Below are positions 30,522 through 41,263 of a stretch of DNA of 64,000 bases, piece after piece (the first letter of the stretch is position 1; each line of letters starts with the position of its first letter). This DNA is from an uncultured Bacteroidales bacterium (GTDB lineage: Bacteria > Bacteroidota > Bacteroidia > Bacteroidales > CAIXZF01). The stretch lies in the NCBI GenBank assembly GCA_964605655.1, contig CAZSDK010000016.1, forward strand, positions 27,455 through 91,454. Direction: 5' to 3'. Made by a program: the position numbers and the translations under genes. The notes below the pieces were generated by a model. That model saw only the letters and a program-made list of their open reading frames with translations, had not been told where the DNA came from and searched no databases.

Positions 30522-31103
30522 CTAAACCCTTGGTATCCAAGGCAGTTCATCCCCCTCTTCCTTAAGAACAAGAAAACGGGCCAACACAAAAAGGTAGTCC
30601 GACAGACGGTTCAGCAATTTGATCACCAGGGGTTCAACGGGAATTTCTTCCGAAAGCCGGAGTACCGTTCGCTCTGCCCTGCGGCATACACAACGGGCTA
30701 CATGCGCCTGTGCCGCGGGTTTGGATCCCCCGGGAAGAATGAAAGTACTGAGTTCCGGTAAGGATTCATTCATCTTATCAATCTCTTGCTCAAGTATGAG
30801 GATATCGTCCTCCTTCAGGGTCGGAATAGGCCTTTTGCTGACTGGCTGATCATTGCCACCTGCCTGGTCCAGTGCAAGGAGGGATTCGGAAGTAAAAAGC
30901 CGGTCCATGACCTCGAGCAACACCTCTTGTGCATGAGGTTCAAAATCAATCATTTCCCGCAGGAGCCCTATATGGGCATTCAGCTCATCCACCGTGCCAT
31001 AGGCCTCGATCTGCACATGATGTTTCGGGACCCGGCGACCACCGATGAGGCTTGTCTCACCCTTGTCGCCCGTCTTGGTGTAGATCTTCCATTCCCTGCT
31101 CAT
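30522..31103 (-). CDS. ATP:cob(I)alamin adenosyltransferase, PduO type
   Basis: [41 protein letters not shown]. Confidence 0.95.
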   Translation of the reverse strand: MSREWKIYTKTGDKGETSLIGGRRVPKHHVQIEAYGTVDELNAHIGLLREMIDFEPHAQEVLLEVMDRLFTSESLLALDQAGGNDQPVSKRPIPTLKEDDILILEQEIDKMNESLPELSTFILPGGSKPAAQAHVARCVCRRAERTVLRLSEEIPVEPLVIKLLNRLSDYLFVLARFLVLKEEGDELPWIPRV

Positions 31104-31831
31104 GATCCCTCCGCCTGGGAATAATCAGCCATGGTGTGAATTTGGCTGTTCATCTCGTCGGATGCCACCTCCCCGTCCCAGAGTCGGATGATGCGATGAG
31201 CATGTTGAGCAATACTCTCCTCGTGGGTGACCACAATAAGGGTATTCCCGGCCTTATGAATTTCTTCAAACAGGCCCATGATCTCAATGGAGGTCTTGGA
31301 ATCCAGGTTCCCGGTCGGTTCATCCGCCAGGATGATGGAAGGATGGTTGACCAGGGCTCTGGCGATGGCAACCCTCTGACGCTGTCCTCCCGAAAGCTCA
31401 TTGGGTTTATGTTCCACCCTGTCGGTAAGGTTCACATCTTCGAGGGTCTTCCTGGCCATCTCCATACGCCTCACCTTGCTAAACCCGGCATAGATAAGAG
31501 GCAGCATCACATTCTCCAGGGCACTGGACCTTGGTAAGAGGTTGAAGGTCTGGAAGACAAAACCAATCTCTTTATTCCGTATCTCCGCCAAACGATTATC
31601 GTCCAGTTTACTTACGTCGGTGCCATTCAGGAAATACTGGCCGTGGGTCGGGGTATCCAGACAACCCAGGATATTCATCAGGGTGGATTTCCCTGACCCT
31701 GATGGTCCCATCAGGGCAACATATTCGTTCCTTTTAATGGTAAGAGTGACCGTTTTAAGTGCCAGCACCGATTGTGAACCAACCTTATAGTGTTTGGCGA
31801 TATCTGTTAGACGAATGACTTCCTGATTCAT
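31100..31831 (-). CDS. ABC transporter ATP-binding protein (LolD/MacB-N type)
   Basis: [33 protein letters not shown]; start moved to the ATG at 31831. Confidence 0.95.
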   Translation of the reverse strand: MNQEVIRLTDIAKHYKVGSQSVLALKTVTLTIKRNEYVALMGPSGSGKSTLMNILGCLDTPTHGQYFLNGTDVSKLDDNRLAEIRNKEIGFVFQTFNLLPRSSALENVMLPLIYAGFSKVRRMEMARKTLEDVNLTDRVEHKPNELSGGQRQRVAIARALVNHPSIILADEPTGNLDSKTSIEIMGLFEEIHKAGNTLIVVTHEESIAQHAHRIIRLWDGEVASDEMNSQIHTMADYSQAEGS

Positions 31832-31865
31832 ATTGCTGAGTTGATCAAACAAAATTAACACATTT

Positions 31866-32693
31866 TCAGTACCTGAGTTCAAAAAACTGCCTGCTGAGCT
31901 CTTCCCGGAAGAACACCAATCCGATATGAAACAAGTCGACCGACTGGGTGACTTTTTCATGTGACCGGATATATTTCCAGGCATTATTCATCCCGGCAGA
32001 CCAATGGATGTCATCGAAGACAAACAATGTCGAAGGATGGGCCCTGGCAAGGCAAGCATTGAAGTATTCTTTGGTCGGATGCTCATGGTGGTGGCCATCA
32101 AAGAACACCAGGTCCAGCCTGGGAACTTCCTTCAATATCTGTGGCAGACAATCATTAAAAAGCCCGTTGCGGTAATCGACCTGCTGCGGTCTTATCTGAG
32201 GATACTTTGTTGCCATCTTATTTAAGAGCAGTCCGGCTTTGTCGGACAGTTCCCTCACCGCGTCCACCGTGATAAGCCTTGCTTCTGGATGGCCTGCATG
32301 AAGGCTGAAGGTCCCCACGCCCAGGTTGGTCCCCAGTTCCAACATATATTCTGGCTTAAAATACCTGACCAGCCTGTACAACAGCTTGCTATCCTTCAAA
32401 ACAGAGGCTTCCCTTTTCATTACCCCGGAAGGTTTGACAGAACGTGGGACCGAAGCAGCTGATCCTGCCGTTTGGTATTTCAAAAGCGTCTTGTCGTCTG
32501 CTACCAGCCTGCGGTAGTGTTTCAGCATGTTAACAGCACCCGGGTCGGTTTCAGCACGGATCACGTCGTTATATAGATGGAACAGGAATGGAGAATGAAT
32601 GCTATGGGCATTACCTGCCCTCAGCCAGAAACCCGCCCCCTGAAGGAACAGTTTCGCCTTACCGTGAGGAATATCGGAAAATAGCTCTGGCAT
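31866..32693 (-). CDS. Class I SAM-dependent O-methyltransferase (Methyltransf_24-like)
   Basis: [36 protein letters not shown]. Confidence 0.88.
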   Translation of the reverse strand: MPELFSDIPHGKAKLFLQGAGFWLRAGNAHSIHSPFLFHLYNDVIRAETDPGAVNMLKHYRRLVADDKTLLKYQTAGSAASVPRSVKPSGVMKREASVLKDSKLLYRLVRYFKPEYMLELGTNLGVGTFSLHAGHPEARLITVDAVRELSDKAGLLLNKMATKYPQIRPQQVDYRNGLFNDCLPQILKEVPRLDLVFFDGHHHEHPTKEYFNACLARAHPSTLFVFDDIHWSAGMNNAWKYIRSHEKVTQSVDLFHIGLVFFREELSRQFFELRY

Positions 32694-32811
32694 AGTTTGG
32701 CAGCTGGATGAAAACGTTGAAAGAACACTGATATTATAACCGGCGGCAAAGGCAGATGGGTGTCGGTTTGAAACATCCTTTTTATCTTTGCGGGGAGATT
32801 AATATTCCACC

Positions 32812-33684
32812 ATGAACAAGCTGGCCCGCAAGGTAACCGATTTTTCCTCCCTGATCAAGTTCTCACACAGCTTGTTCGCCTTGCCTTTTGCCCTGATCGG
32901 CTTTTTCCTGGGAGTCACAGCGCCCGGACAATCTTTTGATCCCTGGTTACTGGTAAAAGTGCTGGCCTGCATGGTTTTCGCCAGGAACGCGGCCATGAGT
33001 TTCAACCGCTATACAGATAAGGAGATCGATAAGATGAACCCGCGCACCCTTCTCAGGGAAATCCCTGCCGGCATCATCAAAGCCCGGTCAGCCCTGCTGT
33101 TCAGCCTGATAAACGGTTTGTCGTTCATCCTGACCACCTGGTTTATCAATCCCGTCTGTTTCTTTCTCTCCCCTGTCGCCCTGATCGTGATCCTGGGCTA
33201 CAGTTTCACCAAAAGATTCACCTCCTACTCTCACCTTATCCTTGGTCTCGGACTCTCCCTGGCGCCCATCGGAGCCTACCTTGCAGTCACCGGCCGGTTT
33301 GACCTCCTGCCCATTTATTATTCCATCAGCGTTATCTGCTGGGTCTCCGGTTTTGATATCATCTATGCCTTGCAGGATGAGGAATTTGACAAGTCGAACC
33401 GCCTGAAATCCATGCCAGTTAAGATGGGAAGAAAAAAAGCACTCCAGGTTTCCAGTTTTTTGCACCTGGTCAGTATGCTGTTTATCATCAGGGCAGGCTT
33501 TGCCGGCGGGAGTGGCTGGCTCTTTTGGACGGGGACCCTCGTCTTTGCCATCATGCTGCTCTATCAGCACCTGATCGTCAAACCCAATGATCTCTCCAGG
33601 CTCAACCTTGCCTTCTTCACCCTCAACGGGATCGCAAGTCTTGTTTTTGCCACTTTCGTCATCACTGATTTGTTATTGCGGTAA
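32812..33684 (+). CDS. UbiA-family polyprenyltransferase, MqnP-like
   Basis: IKFSHSLFALPFA, ARNAAMSFNRY.D..ID..NPRT..REIP, YSFTKRFT, GFDIIYALQD; TATCTTTG promoter at 32783-32790. Confidence 0.85.
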   Translation: MNKLARKVTDFSSLIKFSHSLFALPFALIGFFLGVTAPGQSFDPWLLVKVLACMVFARNAAMSFNRYTDKEIDKMNPRTLLREIPAGIIKARSALLFSLINGLSFILTTWFINPVCFFLSPVALIVILGYSFTKRFTSYSHLILGLGLSLAPIGAYLAVTGRFDLLPIYYSISVICWVSGFDIIYALQDEEFDKSNRLKSMPVKMGRKKALQVSSFLHLVSMLFIIRAGFAGGSGWLFWTGTLVFAIMLLYQHLIVKPNDLSRLNLAFFTLNGIASLVFATFVITDLLLR

Positions 33685-33813
33685 ACGGGTTCCAAAATCC
33701 TTTTTGACATTTTAATATAAAGATTTATCTTTATTCCGTAAAAATGTAAAACCTGTCCACCCATTGATTGCTACTAGTCAAGAATTAACAATGACCTACA
33801 AAAACTCAAACCT

Positions 33814-34692
33814 ATGAAAAAGAGAACCTTACTATTTTTTCTTTTTACCTGCTCCCTTTCCGTGGTCTTGGCACAGACCGATACCTTACATTGGAAAAAA
33901 TCGGTACAGACCGGGATTAACCTGAACCAGGCCTCCTTCAGCGACAACTGGAAAGGGGGAGGTGTCAATTCCATTGCTCTGGGAGCCTTCTTCAACGGTA
34001 AAGCCAACTACACGGATTTTAAAAAGATGACCTTCGACAATGATCTGCAGCTTTCTTACGGATACCTGCAGAACAAAGGACAAACTGCCAGGAAATCAAC
34101 CGATAAGATCTTTTATGATGCCAAGTTGGGTTATAAAATTGCCTCGAAATGGAACCTGTTCGTTTCCCTGAACTTTCTTTCACAATTTGATGCAGGTTTT
34201 GAATATGTGAAAGACGATCAGGGTGTCGAACACGGAGTGTTGATCTCGAAATTCATGGCTCCTGCCTACCTGACCAGTTCCATCGGTGTCGAGTACAAGC
34301 CTGTCGATTACTTCTGGGCCCGTTTCGGCACCGGTACGCTGAGGCAGACCTTTGTGCTGGATACCTCTTTATATTTGAACTTCCCAAAGAACTATGGAGT
34401 GGATTATGGTAAAAAGGTCCGCAATGAAGTGGCTTTTCAGTTCATCAGCAATTTTGACAAGGACATCGCCAAGAACCTGAACTTCAAAGCCCGGTTCTCT
34501 GCCCTGGCTCCTTACGAAAACCTGGGGCGCATCGTTTCCAGGCTGGATGCCGGGATTGCCGCCAAAGTGAACAAGTTTATCAACGTCAACCTCTCTGCCG
34601 TGGTGCTTAACGATCCTGACATGGACAATGATGTGCAGTACAGCCAGTTCTTCGCCTTAGGCATCTTATACAGTTTCAGCCAGTTTAAATAA
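33814..34692 (+). CDS. DUF3078 outer-membrane beta-barrel protein
   Basis: Signal peptide, NQASFSDNWKGGG, RKSTDKI, FMAPAYL. Confidence 0.85.
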   Translation: MKKRTLLFFLFTCSLSVVLAQTDTLHWKKSVQTGINLNQASFSDNWKGGGVNSIALGAFFNGKANYTDFKKMTFDNDLQLSYGYLQNKGQTARKSTDKIFYDAKLGYKIASKWNLFVSLNFLSQFDAGFEYVKDDQGVEHGVLISKFMAPAYLTSSIGVEYKPVDYFWARFGTGTLRQTFVLDTSLYLNFPKNYGVDYGKKVRNEVAFQFISNFDKDIAKNLNFKARFSALAPYENLGRIVSRLDAGIAAKVNKFINVNLSAVVLNDPDMDNDVQYSQFFALGILYSFSQFK

Positions 34693-34720
34693 AAACCAAT
34701 AACCCTTTAAAAAAATAATT

Positions 34721-35116
34721 ATGGCAAAAATGGTACAAGAATTCAAGACGTTCATCAGCCGTGGTAACGTCCTTGACCTGGCAGTCGGTGTGATCATCGG
34801 TGCTGCCTTCGGAAAAATCGTGACCAGTCTTATCAACGACATCATCATGCCACCCGTAGGACTGCTACTTGGCAACGTGAATTTCACCGACCTGAAATTC
34901 GAATTGGGAGGACTTACGGAAAAACCTGTCACCATAAATTATGGGAACTTTATCCAGGTTGTCTTCGAATTTCTCGTCATTGCTTTTGCCATCTTTATGG
35001 TAATTAAAGCTTTTAATTCCATGAAGAAAAAAGAAGTTGAGAAACCAGAAGCCCCTCCTGCACCATCACCAACAGAGAATCTTTTATCAGAGATCAGGGA
35101 TTTATTAAAAAAATAG
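34721..35116 (+). CDS. mscL: Large-conductance mechanosensitive channel
   Basis: [39 protein letters not shown]. Confidence 0.97.
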   Translation: MAKMVQEFKTFISRGNVLDLAVGVIIGAAFGKIVTSLINDIIMPPVGLLLGNVNFTDLKFELGGLTEKPVTINYGNFIQVVFEFLVIAFAIFMVIKAFNSMKKKEVEKPEAPPAPSPTENLLSEIRDLLKK

Positions 35117-35404
35117 ACTCCCCTGATTTCAAGGCTTTTTATTAACTGATTCAGCCCAAAGGATAACACTCTCAAGTCATTGCTTTTGTGTATTTTACAT
35201 AGCACCTGAGATCTTATCCTTATGCATTTGTGGAAAAAATTCAATTACGTTCAATCCAAAATGACGATTTAAGAAGGATTATTTTATATCTTTATGCTTT
35301 AAATAGCTACAGAACGCATCTAGAAATTCGAATATTTGACGGAAAGAATATAGGTGCCTGTTGAGTAGCTTGAATAAGTACATGTTTAACCAAAATTTAA
35401 TATT

Positions 35405-36136
35405 ATGAAAAATTCAATGAGACTGTTACTGATTTCAGTATTGGTAATCTGCGGATTACAAGGCTTTTCCCAGATCAAGTTCGGAGCAAAAGCCGGGGTA
35501 CTTTTCACTAATGCTGCCTTCAACTATGATGACAATGACCTTGAACCGGCATCCAAAATGAAGGTTGGTTACACCATAGGTCCTGCCGTCGAATATAGTT
35601 TTACCGACAACCTCGCCCTTCAGACAGGTTTGTTCTGGGCTACCAAAGGATATGCCACTGACCTTGAAGACGATCTCCCTGAAGGAGTCTCAATCGATGG
35701 CTGGGACAGATCAACCCTCAATTATTTAGAGATCCCTATCACCTTTGCTTATAAAATCAAGGACTTTCAGGTGTTTGCCGGTCCTTACCTGGCTTATTGC
35801 CTGGGTGGAAAAGAAAAATGGGATTACACTACCACTGTGGAAGTGATGGGACAAAGTGTTTCCACCGATTATAAGGATGACATGAAGATCAAATCTTTCA
35901 TGGGCAAGGTTAAAGAAGGTGACCTGGACGCAAATGAAGCACCAGTATCAGCACTGGATTATGGTCTGAACCTCGGTGTAGGCTACCAGGCAGGTCCTGT
36001 TCTCATTAACCTGGGTTATTCCCTTGGACTCGGTAACCTGATGCCAGATATGGATGTCGAAGGTTTTGACCGTGGAGATTTCAAGAGTTCCAACCGGGTG
36101 ATCAGCCTCACTGCCTCCTATTATCTCGGAAAATAA
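35405..36136 (+). CDS. Outer-membrane beta-barrel (porin family, PorT/OMP_b-brl_2-like)
   Basis: Signal peptide ending FSQ, FGAKAG, LNYLEIP, FAGPY, alternating C-terminal strand ending YYLGK. Confidence 0.8.
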   Translation: MKNSMRLLLISVLVICGLQGFSQIKFGAKAGVLFTNAAFNYDDNDLEPASKMKVGYTIGPAVEYSFTDNLALQTGLFWATKGYATDLEDDLPEGVSIDGWDRSTLNYLEIPITFAYKIKDFQVFAGPYLAYCLGGKEKWDYTTTVEVMGQSVSTDYKDDMKIKSFMGKVKEGDLDANEAPVSALDYGLNLGVGYQAGPVLINLGYSLGLGNLMPDMDVEGFDRGDFKSSNRVISLTASYYLGK

Positions 36137-36169
36137 GGTTGGCTTACATTCGTTAAGTCCAAACATTTG

Positions 36170-36205
36170 AAGAAGGTGGCCCTCCGGGACCACCTTCTTT
36201 TATTT
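36170..36205 (+). terminator. Intrinsic terminator after the porin gene
   Basis: AAGAAGGTGG-CCC-tcc-GGG-A-CCACCTTCTT followed by TTATTT. Confidence 0.8.
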
Positions 36206-36282
36206 ATACGTGGTGATGAACCATAACGACTTGGCTGTTTGCCGTTTCGTAATTATCCCTATTTTCGCAAAAAAACCTCCCT

Positions 36283-38298
36283 ATGTCAGAACACTCATCA
36301 GAACCCATCAAAGGTCTTCCTGAAAATGCTTACAAGGAGCTGAAAGAAGGCGAATCGTACCGGCCGGTGATGCCACCCGAACAAAAATTCTCCGAACTGA
36401 CCGCCTGGTCGATAGGTCTCGGACTGCTTATGGCCGTCATTTTTTCGGCTGCGGCTGCCTATTCCGGTCTGAAGATCGGCCAGGTCTTCGAAGCGGCCAT
36501 CCCCATCTCCATCATCGCTGTCGGTGCCTCGGCAGCCGTGAGAAAGAAAAATGCGCTCGGACAAAACGTGATCATACAGTCGATAGGTGCCAGCTCCGGG
36601 GTCATCGTGGCAGGTGCCATCTTCACCATCCCGGGATTATATATCCTTCAGGCCAAATATCCCGACATCCAGGTGAACTTCTGGCAGATCTTCTTTTCTT
36701 CCCTGCTGGGAGGTTTCCTGGGCATACTGTTCCTGATCCCTTTTCGCAAGTATTTTGTGAAGGACATGCACGGGAAACTCCCTTTCCCTGAGGCCACGGC
36801 CACTACCGAGATCCTCATCACCGGTGAAAAAGGAGGCTCCCAGGCGAAGCTCCTGCTGGTAAGCGGGCTCATCGGAGGTATTTTTGATTTCTGCTTTTCT
36901 GCACTCCGTATCTGGAGCGAGGAATTCACCTCCAGGATGATCCCCATCGGCGAGACCATTGCCACCAAAATAAAAATGGTATTTAAATTTAATGTCAGCG
37001 CCCTGATCTTCAGCTTCGGGTACCTGGTAGGATTACGCTATGCACTGATTATCACCATGGGATCCATCCTTTCCTGGTTTGTTCTCATCCCCCTGGTGAA
37101 CGAAATAGGAGCCCTGGTGGCACAAAACAGCGGGGGTGTCAATCCTTTTACTGCCCTCTCGGCTGAAGATATTTTCAAAGCTTATGTGCGTCCCATCGGT
37201 ATCGGGGCCATTGCCATGGCAGGGATCATCGGCATCATCAAGTCCTCCGGGGTCATCGCCAGCGCTTTTAAACTGGCCTTCGGGATGGGGAAAGCAAGCC
37301 ATGCAGAAATGAAAGTGGAACGCACCCAGAAAGACCTGAAGATGTCTTTCGTCATGCTTTTTATCTTCCTCACCCTGGTGGCCATCTTTCTTTTCCTTCT
37401 CTTCGGGGTTAAAGTCACGTTCATCCAGGCCGTGGTGGCCCTGGTCACGGTGCTCGTCATCTCGTTTCTGTTTACCACTGTGGCAGCCAACGCCATTGCC
37501 ATCGTGGGTACCAACCCTGTGTCGGGAATGACCCTGATGACACTGATCCTTTCCTCGGTGATCCTCGTTTCCGTGGGACTGAAAGGATGGCAGGGCATGG
37601 TAAGCTCCCTGGTCATAGGAGGCATCGTCTGCACGGCCCTCTCCATGGCAGGAGGCTTCATCACCGACCTCAAAGTCGGCTACTGGCTGGGCACCACACC
37701 CCAGAAACAAGAGTCATTCAAGTTCCTGGGGACCCTCCTTTCGGCAGCTACGGTGGGCATTGTGATCTTTGTCCTGAATGAAGCCTATGGTTTTGTCGAG
37801 ACCGCCAAACACACCAAACCCATGGTCGCCCCCCAGGCCAATGCCATGGCTGCCATCATCGAGCCCCTGATGTCGGGAGCCGGTGTCAGCTGGGTACTGC
37901 TGGGCATCGGAGCCATGATCTCTGTCATCGTCAACTGGCTGAAAATATCACCCCTCGCCTTTGCTCTCGGAATGTTCATCCCCCTTCCCCTCAACACCCC
38001 GCTGGTGGTCGGTGGATTACTCAATCACTGGTTCTCCAAGTCAACCAAAGATGCAAAACTGAATGAAGCCCGCCTCCAGAGAGGCATCCTCATCTCATCA
38101 GGATTTATTGCCGGTGCTGCCATCTTCGGGGTGATCGGTGCTTTGATCATATTCTTTACCAACAAATCTGATGCAGTCGATCTGAAAGTATGGGCCAACG
38201 ACACCGGACCCGGAGCCCAGCTGTTGGCGCTCCTGGCCTTTACGGTCCTGCTTGCTTACTTTGTGTGGGAGTCATTCAGGGCAAAAAAGGAAGAATAG
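36283..38298 (+). CDS. OPT-family oligopeptide transporter
   Basis: [47 protein letters not shown]. Confidence 0.93.
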   Translation: MSEHSSEPIKGLPENAYKELKEGESYRPVMPPEQKFSELTAWSIGLGLLMAVIFSAAAAYSGLKIGQVFEAAIPISIIAVGASAAVRKKNALGQNVIIQSIGASSGVIVAGAIFTIPGLYILQAKYPDIQVNFWQIFFSSLLGGFLGILFLIPFRKYFVKDMHGKLPFPEATATTEILITGEKGGSQAKLLLVSGLIGGIFDFCFSALRIWSEEFTSRMIPIGETIATKIKMVFKFNVSALIFSFGYLVGLRYALIITMGSILSWFVLIPLVNEIGALVAQNSGGVNPFTALSAEDIFKAYVRPIGIGAIAMAGIIGIIKSSGVIASAFKLAFGMGKASHAEMKVERTQKDLKMSFVMLFIFLTLVAIFLFLLFGVKVTFIQAVVALVTVLVISFLFTTVAANAIAIVGTNPVSGMTLMTLILSSVILVSVGLKGWQGMVSSLVIGGIVCTALSMAGGFITDLKVGYWLGTTPQKQESFKFLGTLLSAATVGIVIFVLNEAYGFVETAKHTKPMVAPQANAMAAIIEPLMSGAGVSWVLLGIGAMISVIVNWLKISPLAFALGMFIPLPLNTPLVVGGLLNHWFSKSTKDAKLNEARLQRGILISSGFIAGAAIFGVIGALIIFFTNKSDAVDLKVWANDTGPGAQLLALLAFTVLLAYFVWESFRAKKEE

Positions 38299-38326
38299 CA
38301 ACTTATTGAATCACTGTTATTTATTA

Positions 38327-39559
38327 ATGATGAAAGAAAAAGTTTTAGAACGTTTTTTACGGTACATCAGCATTGATACCCAGTCTGATGAGTCTTCCTC
38401 CACTTTCCCGAGCACAGAAAAACAGTTTACGCTGCTCAGGATGCTGTTAAAGGAACTCCAGGAATTCGGACTCGAAGATGCAAGGATGGATGAACACGGA
38501 TATGTGATGGCCACCCTTCCGTCGAATACTGGCAAAGCGGTCCCGGTGATCGGATGGATCGCTCATGTGGATACCAGTCCTGATATGCCCGGTGATAATA
38601 TCAAACCTCAATTCATCAAAAATTACGATGGCACGGATATCCTGCTCAATGCTGAGAAGAACCTGGTGCTAAGTCCCGGAGAATTCCCGGAACTTCTTCA
38701 CTACAAAGGAGATACCATCATCACCACCGATGGCAACACCCTCCTGGGCGCCGATGACAAGGCAGGCATTGCAGAAATCATGACGGCTATGGAATATCTG
38801 GTACAACACCCTGAAATCCCTCATGGCACGCTCAAAGTGGGATTTACTCCCGATGAAGAGATCGGCAAAGGAGTAGACCATTTTGACGTACAGGGTTTTG
38901 GTGCCGACTTCGCCTACACCATGGATGGAGGCGGACTGGGTGAGCTGGAGTATGAGAACTTCAATGCTGCCCATGCCAAGGTGCTGATACAGGGCAGAAA
39001 CATACATCCCGGGTATGCCAAGAATAAAATGATGAATGCCATGCTGATGGCCATGGAGTTCAATGCCCTGCTACCAGTAAATGAAAGGCCGGAATTTACT
39101 GCCCATTACGAAGGGTTCTTCCATATCATCAAGATGGAAGGCACGGTGGAGAATGCGAGTCTTCAGTATATTATCAGGGATCATGACCGGACTAAGTTTG
39201 AAAACAAGAAGAAACTGATACAGGAAGTGACCGATTATCTGAACCAGAGGTACGGAGAGAAAACCTTTGTGCTGGAACTTCGCGACCAGTATTTCAACAT
39301 GAGGGAGAAGGTAGAACCGGCCATGCATATAGTGGATACTGCCAGGAAAGCCATGGAAGATCTTGGCATTGAACCTGTTGTAGTGCCTATCCGCGGCGGG
39401 ACTGACGGAGCCAGGCTCTCCTACATGGGCCTTCCTTGTCCAAACATCTTTGCAGGCGGACATAACTTTCACGGGAAGTTCGAGTTCGTGCCCGTGGAAT
39501 CCATGGAGAAAGCGGTGAAGGTCATTCTGAAGATCATTGAACGTTATACCCAGGCATAG
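38327..39559 (+). CDS. pepT: Peptidase T (M20B tripeptidase)
   Basis: [44 protein letters not shown]; start moved to the ATG at 38327 or 38330. Confidence 0.96.
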   Translation: MMKEKVLERFLRYISIDTQSDESSSTFPSTEKQFTLLRMLLKELQEFGLEDARMDEHGYVMATLPSNTGKAVPVIGWIAHVDTSPDMPGDNIKPQFIKNYDGTDILLNAEKNLVLSPGEFPELLHYKGDTIITTDGNTLLGADDKAGIAEIMTAMEYLVQHPEIPHGTLKVGFTPDEEIGKGVDHFDVQGFGADFAYTMDGGGLGELEYENFNAAHAKVLIQGRNIHPGYAKNKMMNAMLMAMEFNALLPVNERPEFTAHYEGFFHIIKMEGTVENASLQYIIRDHDRTKFENKKKLIQEVTDYLNQRYGEKTFVLELRDQYFNMREKVEPAMHIVDTARKAMEDLGIEPVVVPIRGGTDGARLSYMGLPCPNIFAGGHNFHGKFEFVPVESMEKAVKVILKIIERYTQA

Positions 39560-40415
39560 CATCAGGTTTTTATGGGAAGGCAGGATCAGGGAACTCGCCT
39601 TTCCTTCTCCTGATTATCAACCCACTACACTGTTATCAACCTTCCTGGCCCTGCCTGGGCAGCCGGCAGAAAGGGCTCAGTATGACAGGGTGTTGCTCGC
39701 AGAGCCGTCACCCGGTGGAAACATCCGGTTCAGGGAGGTGCAACCTGACCAGGTAATGATTCCTCAACTATTAGGTAAAGAGCTTATAACAAGCGACATA
39801 CAACCTGATTCCGATACCGGTACACTTCTTCGGAGGCACGCCAGACTACAGAAGCTGAACCAGGTGGGAGAAATTCTTGCCCTGCAGGGAAAAGATGAAA
39901 AATATTTTATTCCTTTCACCATGGACCAGGCTGTATCGCTCATCTCAGCTTTTCCGGAATCATGGTTTCTGCCTTGTCCTGCAGATTCTGCATTGAATCC
40001 CCAGGACCCACCAGTGTACATTGACCTCTCCCACGTGGATGCGCTTTCCTTTTATTTCGAAGATCATGCCTTTTGGTTTGTCGGATCGGCTTTACCGCTG
40101 GAGGACCTGAAAGAGACCGCCTCTGACCGAATCGCTGTGCTTTATCCAATTTTAGAGTCCTACGGCAGCATCTCCCGGAGACATTTGCTCAGCCTGGCAG
40201 GAGCTTTTACCAACCAGGCAGCACTTGGAGATCTCCTTAACTGGCTGCTTCAACAAGGAAGCAGGGTACACCTGATGCAGGCTGAAGGGAACCAGGTACT
40301 GCCGCTTGAAACTTACCTGCAAAAACTGAAAGAAGGGCATGAATACCGCAGGATGTTGATGACTATGGTGAGCATACCAAAAAAACAATATAGCCCAAAG
40401 TCACCCGAACCATGA
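39537..40415 (+). CDS. Degenerate xanthine dehydrogenase small-subunit (XdhA)-like protein lacking the Fe-S cysteines
   Basis: IRFL..., [54 protein letters not shown]...G...LPLE follow the XdhA layout; TTG start. Confidence 0.6.
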   Translation: MNVIPRHSIRFLWEGRIRELAFPSPDYQPTTLLSTFLALPGQPAERAQYDRVLLAEPSPGGNIRFREVQPDQVMIPQLLGKELITSDIQPDSDTGTLLRRHARLQKLNQVGEILALQGKDEKYFIPFTMDQAVSLISAFPESWFLPCPADSALNPQDPPVYIDLSHVDALSFYFEDHAFWFVGSALPLEDLKETASDRIAVLYPILESYGSISRRHLLSLAGAFTNQAALGDLLNWLLQQGSRVHLMQAEGNQVLPLETYLQKLKEGHEYRRMLMTMVSIPKKQYSPKSPEP

Positions 40416-41263
40416 TCTATCTGATACTCACTCCTCTTGCTTCTACGCTGATCCTGATTCTTTTCAAGATCTTTGTCGACCATAAGGTGGATATTCTGAA
40501 GGCCATCTCCATCAATTACCTGACTGCTACCCTGCTGGGCATCATCCAGGAGACCGGTTTCACTGCACTAGCTGCAACCCCGTCAAAATCCTGGTTCTGG
40601 TTATCGCTCGCCTTCGGGGTCCTCCTGATTGCGGGGTTTAACCTGTTCGGTCAGTCGACCCGGAGGGCCGGGATGACCATCACGGCCATGGCCGGGAGAT
40701 TGTCGCTGGTGATCCCTGTTTCACTGGGGCTTATTTTCTTCGGTGAAGCTGTGTATTCACTGAAAATTGCAGGAATAGCCCTTGCCCTGCTGTCTTTCTA
40801 TTTAATTTTAAGAAAGGAAGAGAAAGGTCGCAGTCCTATGAGGTTGATGATTTACCCAATCTTGCTTTTCCTGGTCGGAGGCAGCGGCGACAGCCTCATG
40901 AAGACTGCCCAGTATTTCTACCTGGCAGGCGACACCGCTCACTTTCTCACCTTTGCCTTTTCGATTTCCTTTATCCTCAGTATTTTCCAGGTCCTCTTTC
41001 AAAAGAAACCCGGCAAAGGCTTCACTGACTGGCAAACCATAGCCGGAGGTATCCTTCTGGGCATCCTTAACTGGTACTCCACCCTTTTCATGTTAAGGGG
41101 TATCGGGACTTTCGACATCAGCATGTTCCTGCCCGTGGTCAATGTCAGCATCGTCGCCTTAAGTGCCCTGGCAGGGACTTTCCTGTTCCATGAAAAGCTG
41201 AGCCGTATTAACCTTGCCGGCCTGGTCCTGGCCGTTTTAGCCATCGTCTTCCTGGCCAGATAA
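40412..41263 (+). CDS. EamA/DMT-family transporter
   Basis: About 10 TM helices in two repeats; AISINY, SLVIPV, PVVNVSIV. Confidence 0.85.
   Translation: MIYLILTPLASTLILILFKIFVDHKVDILKAISINYLTATLLGIIQETGFTALAATPSKSWFWLSLAFGVLLIAGFNLFGQSTRRAGMTITAMAGRLSLVIPVSLGLIFFGEAVYSLKIAGIALALLSFYLILRKEEKGRSPMRLMIYPILLFLVGGSGDSLMKTAQYFYLAGDTAHFLTFAFSISFILSIFQVLFQKKPGKGFTDWQTIAGGILLGILNWYSTLFMLRGIGTFDISMFLPVVNVSIVALSALAGTFLFHEKLSRINLAGLVLAVLAIVFLAR

Noticed and set aside
31832-31984. N-terminal extensions in the ORF track (ABC ATPase; likewise murG 16092, pepT 38252, yqeY 22694, DUF6141 62327)
   Set aside because: They overlap neighbouring genes or precede the homologous start; downstream ATGs fit family starts
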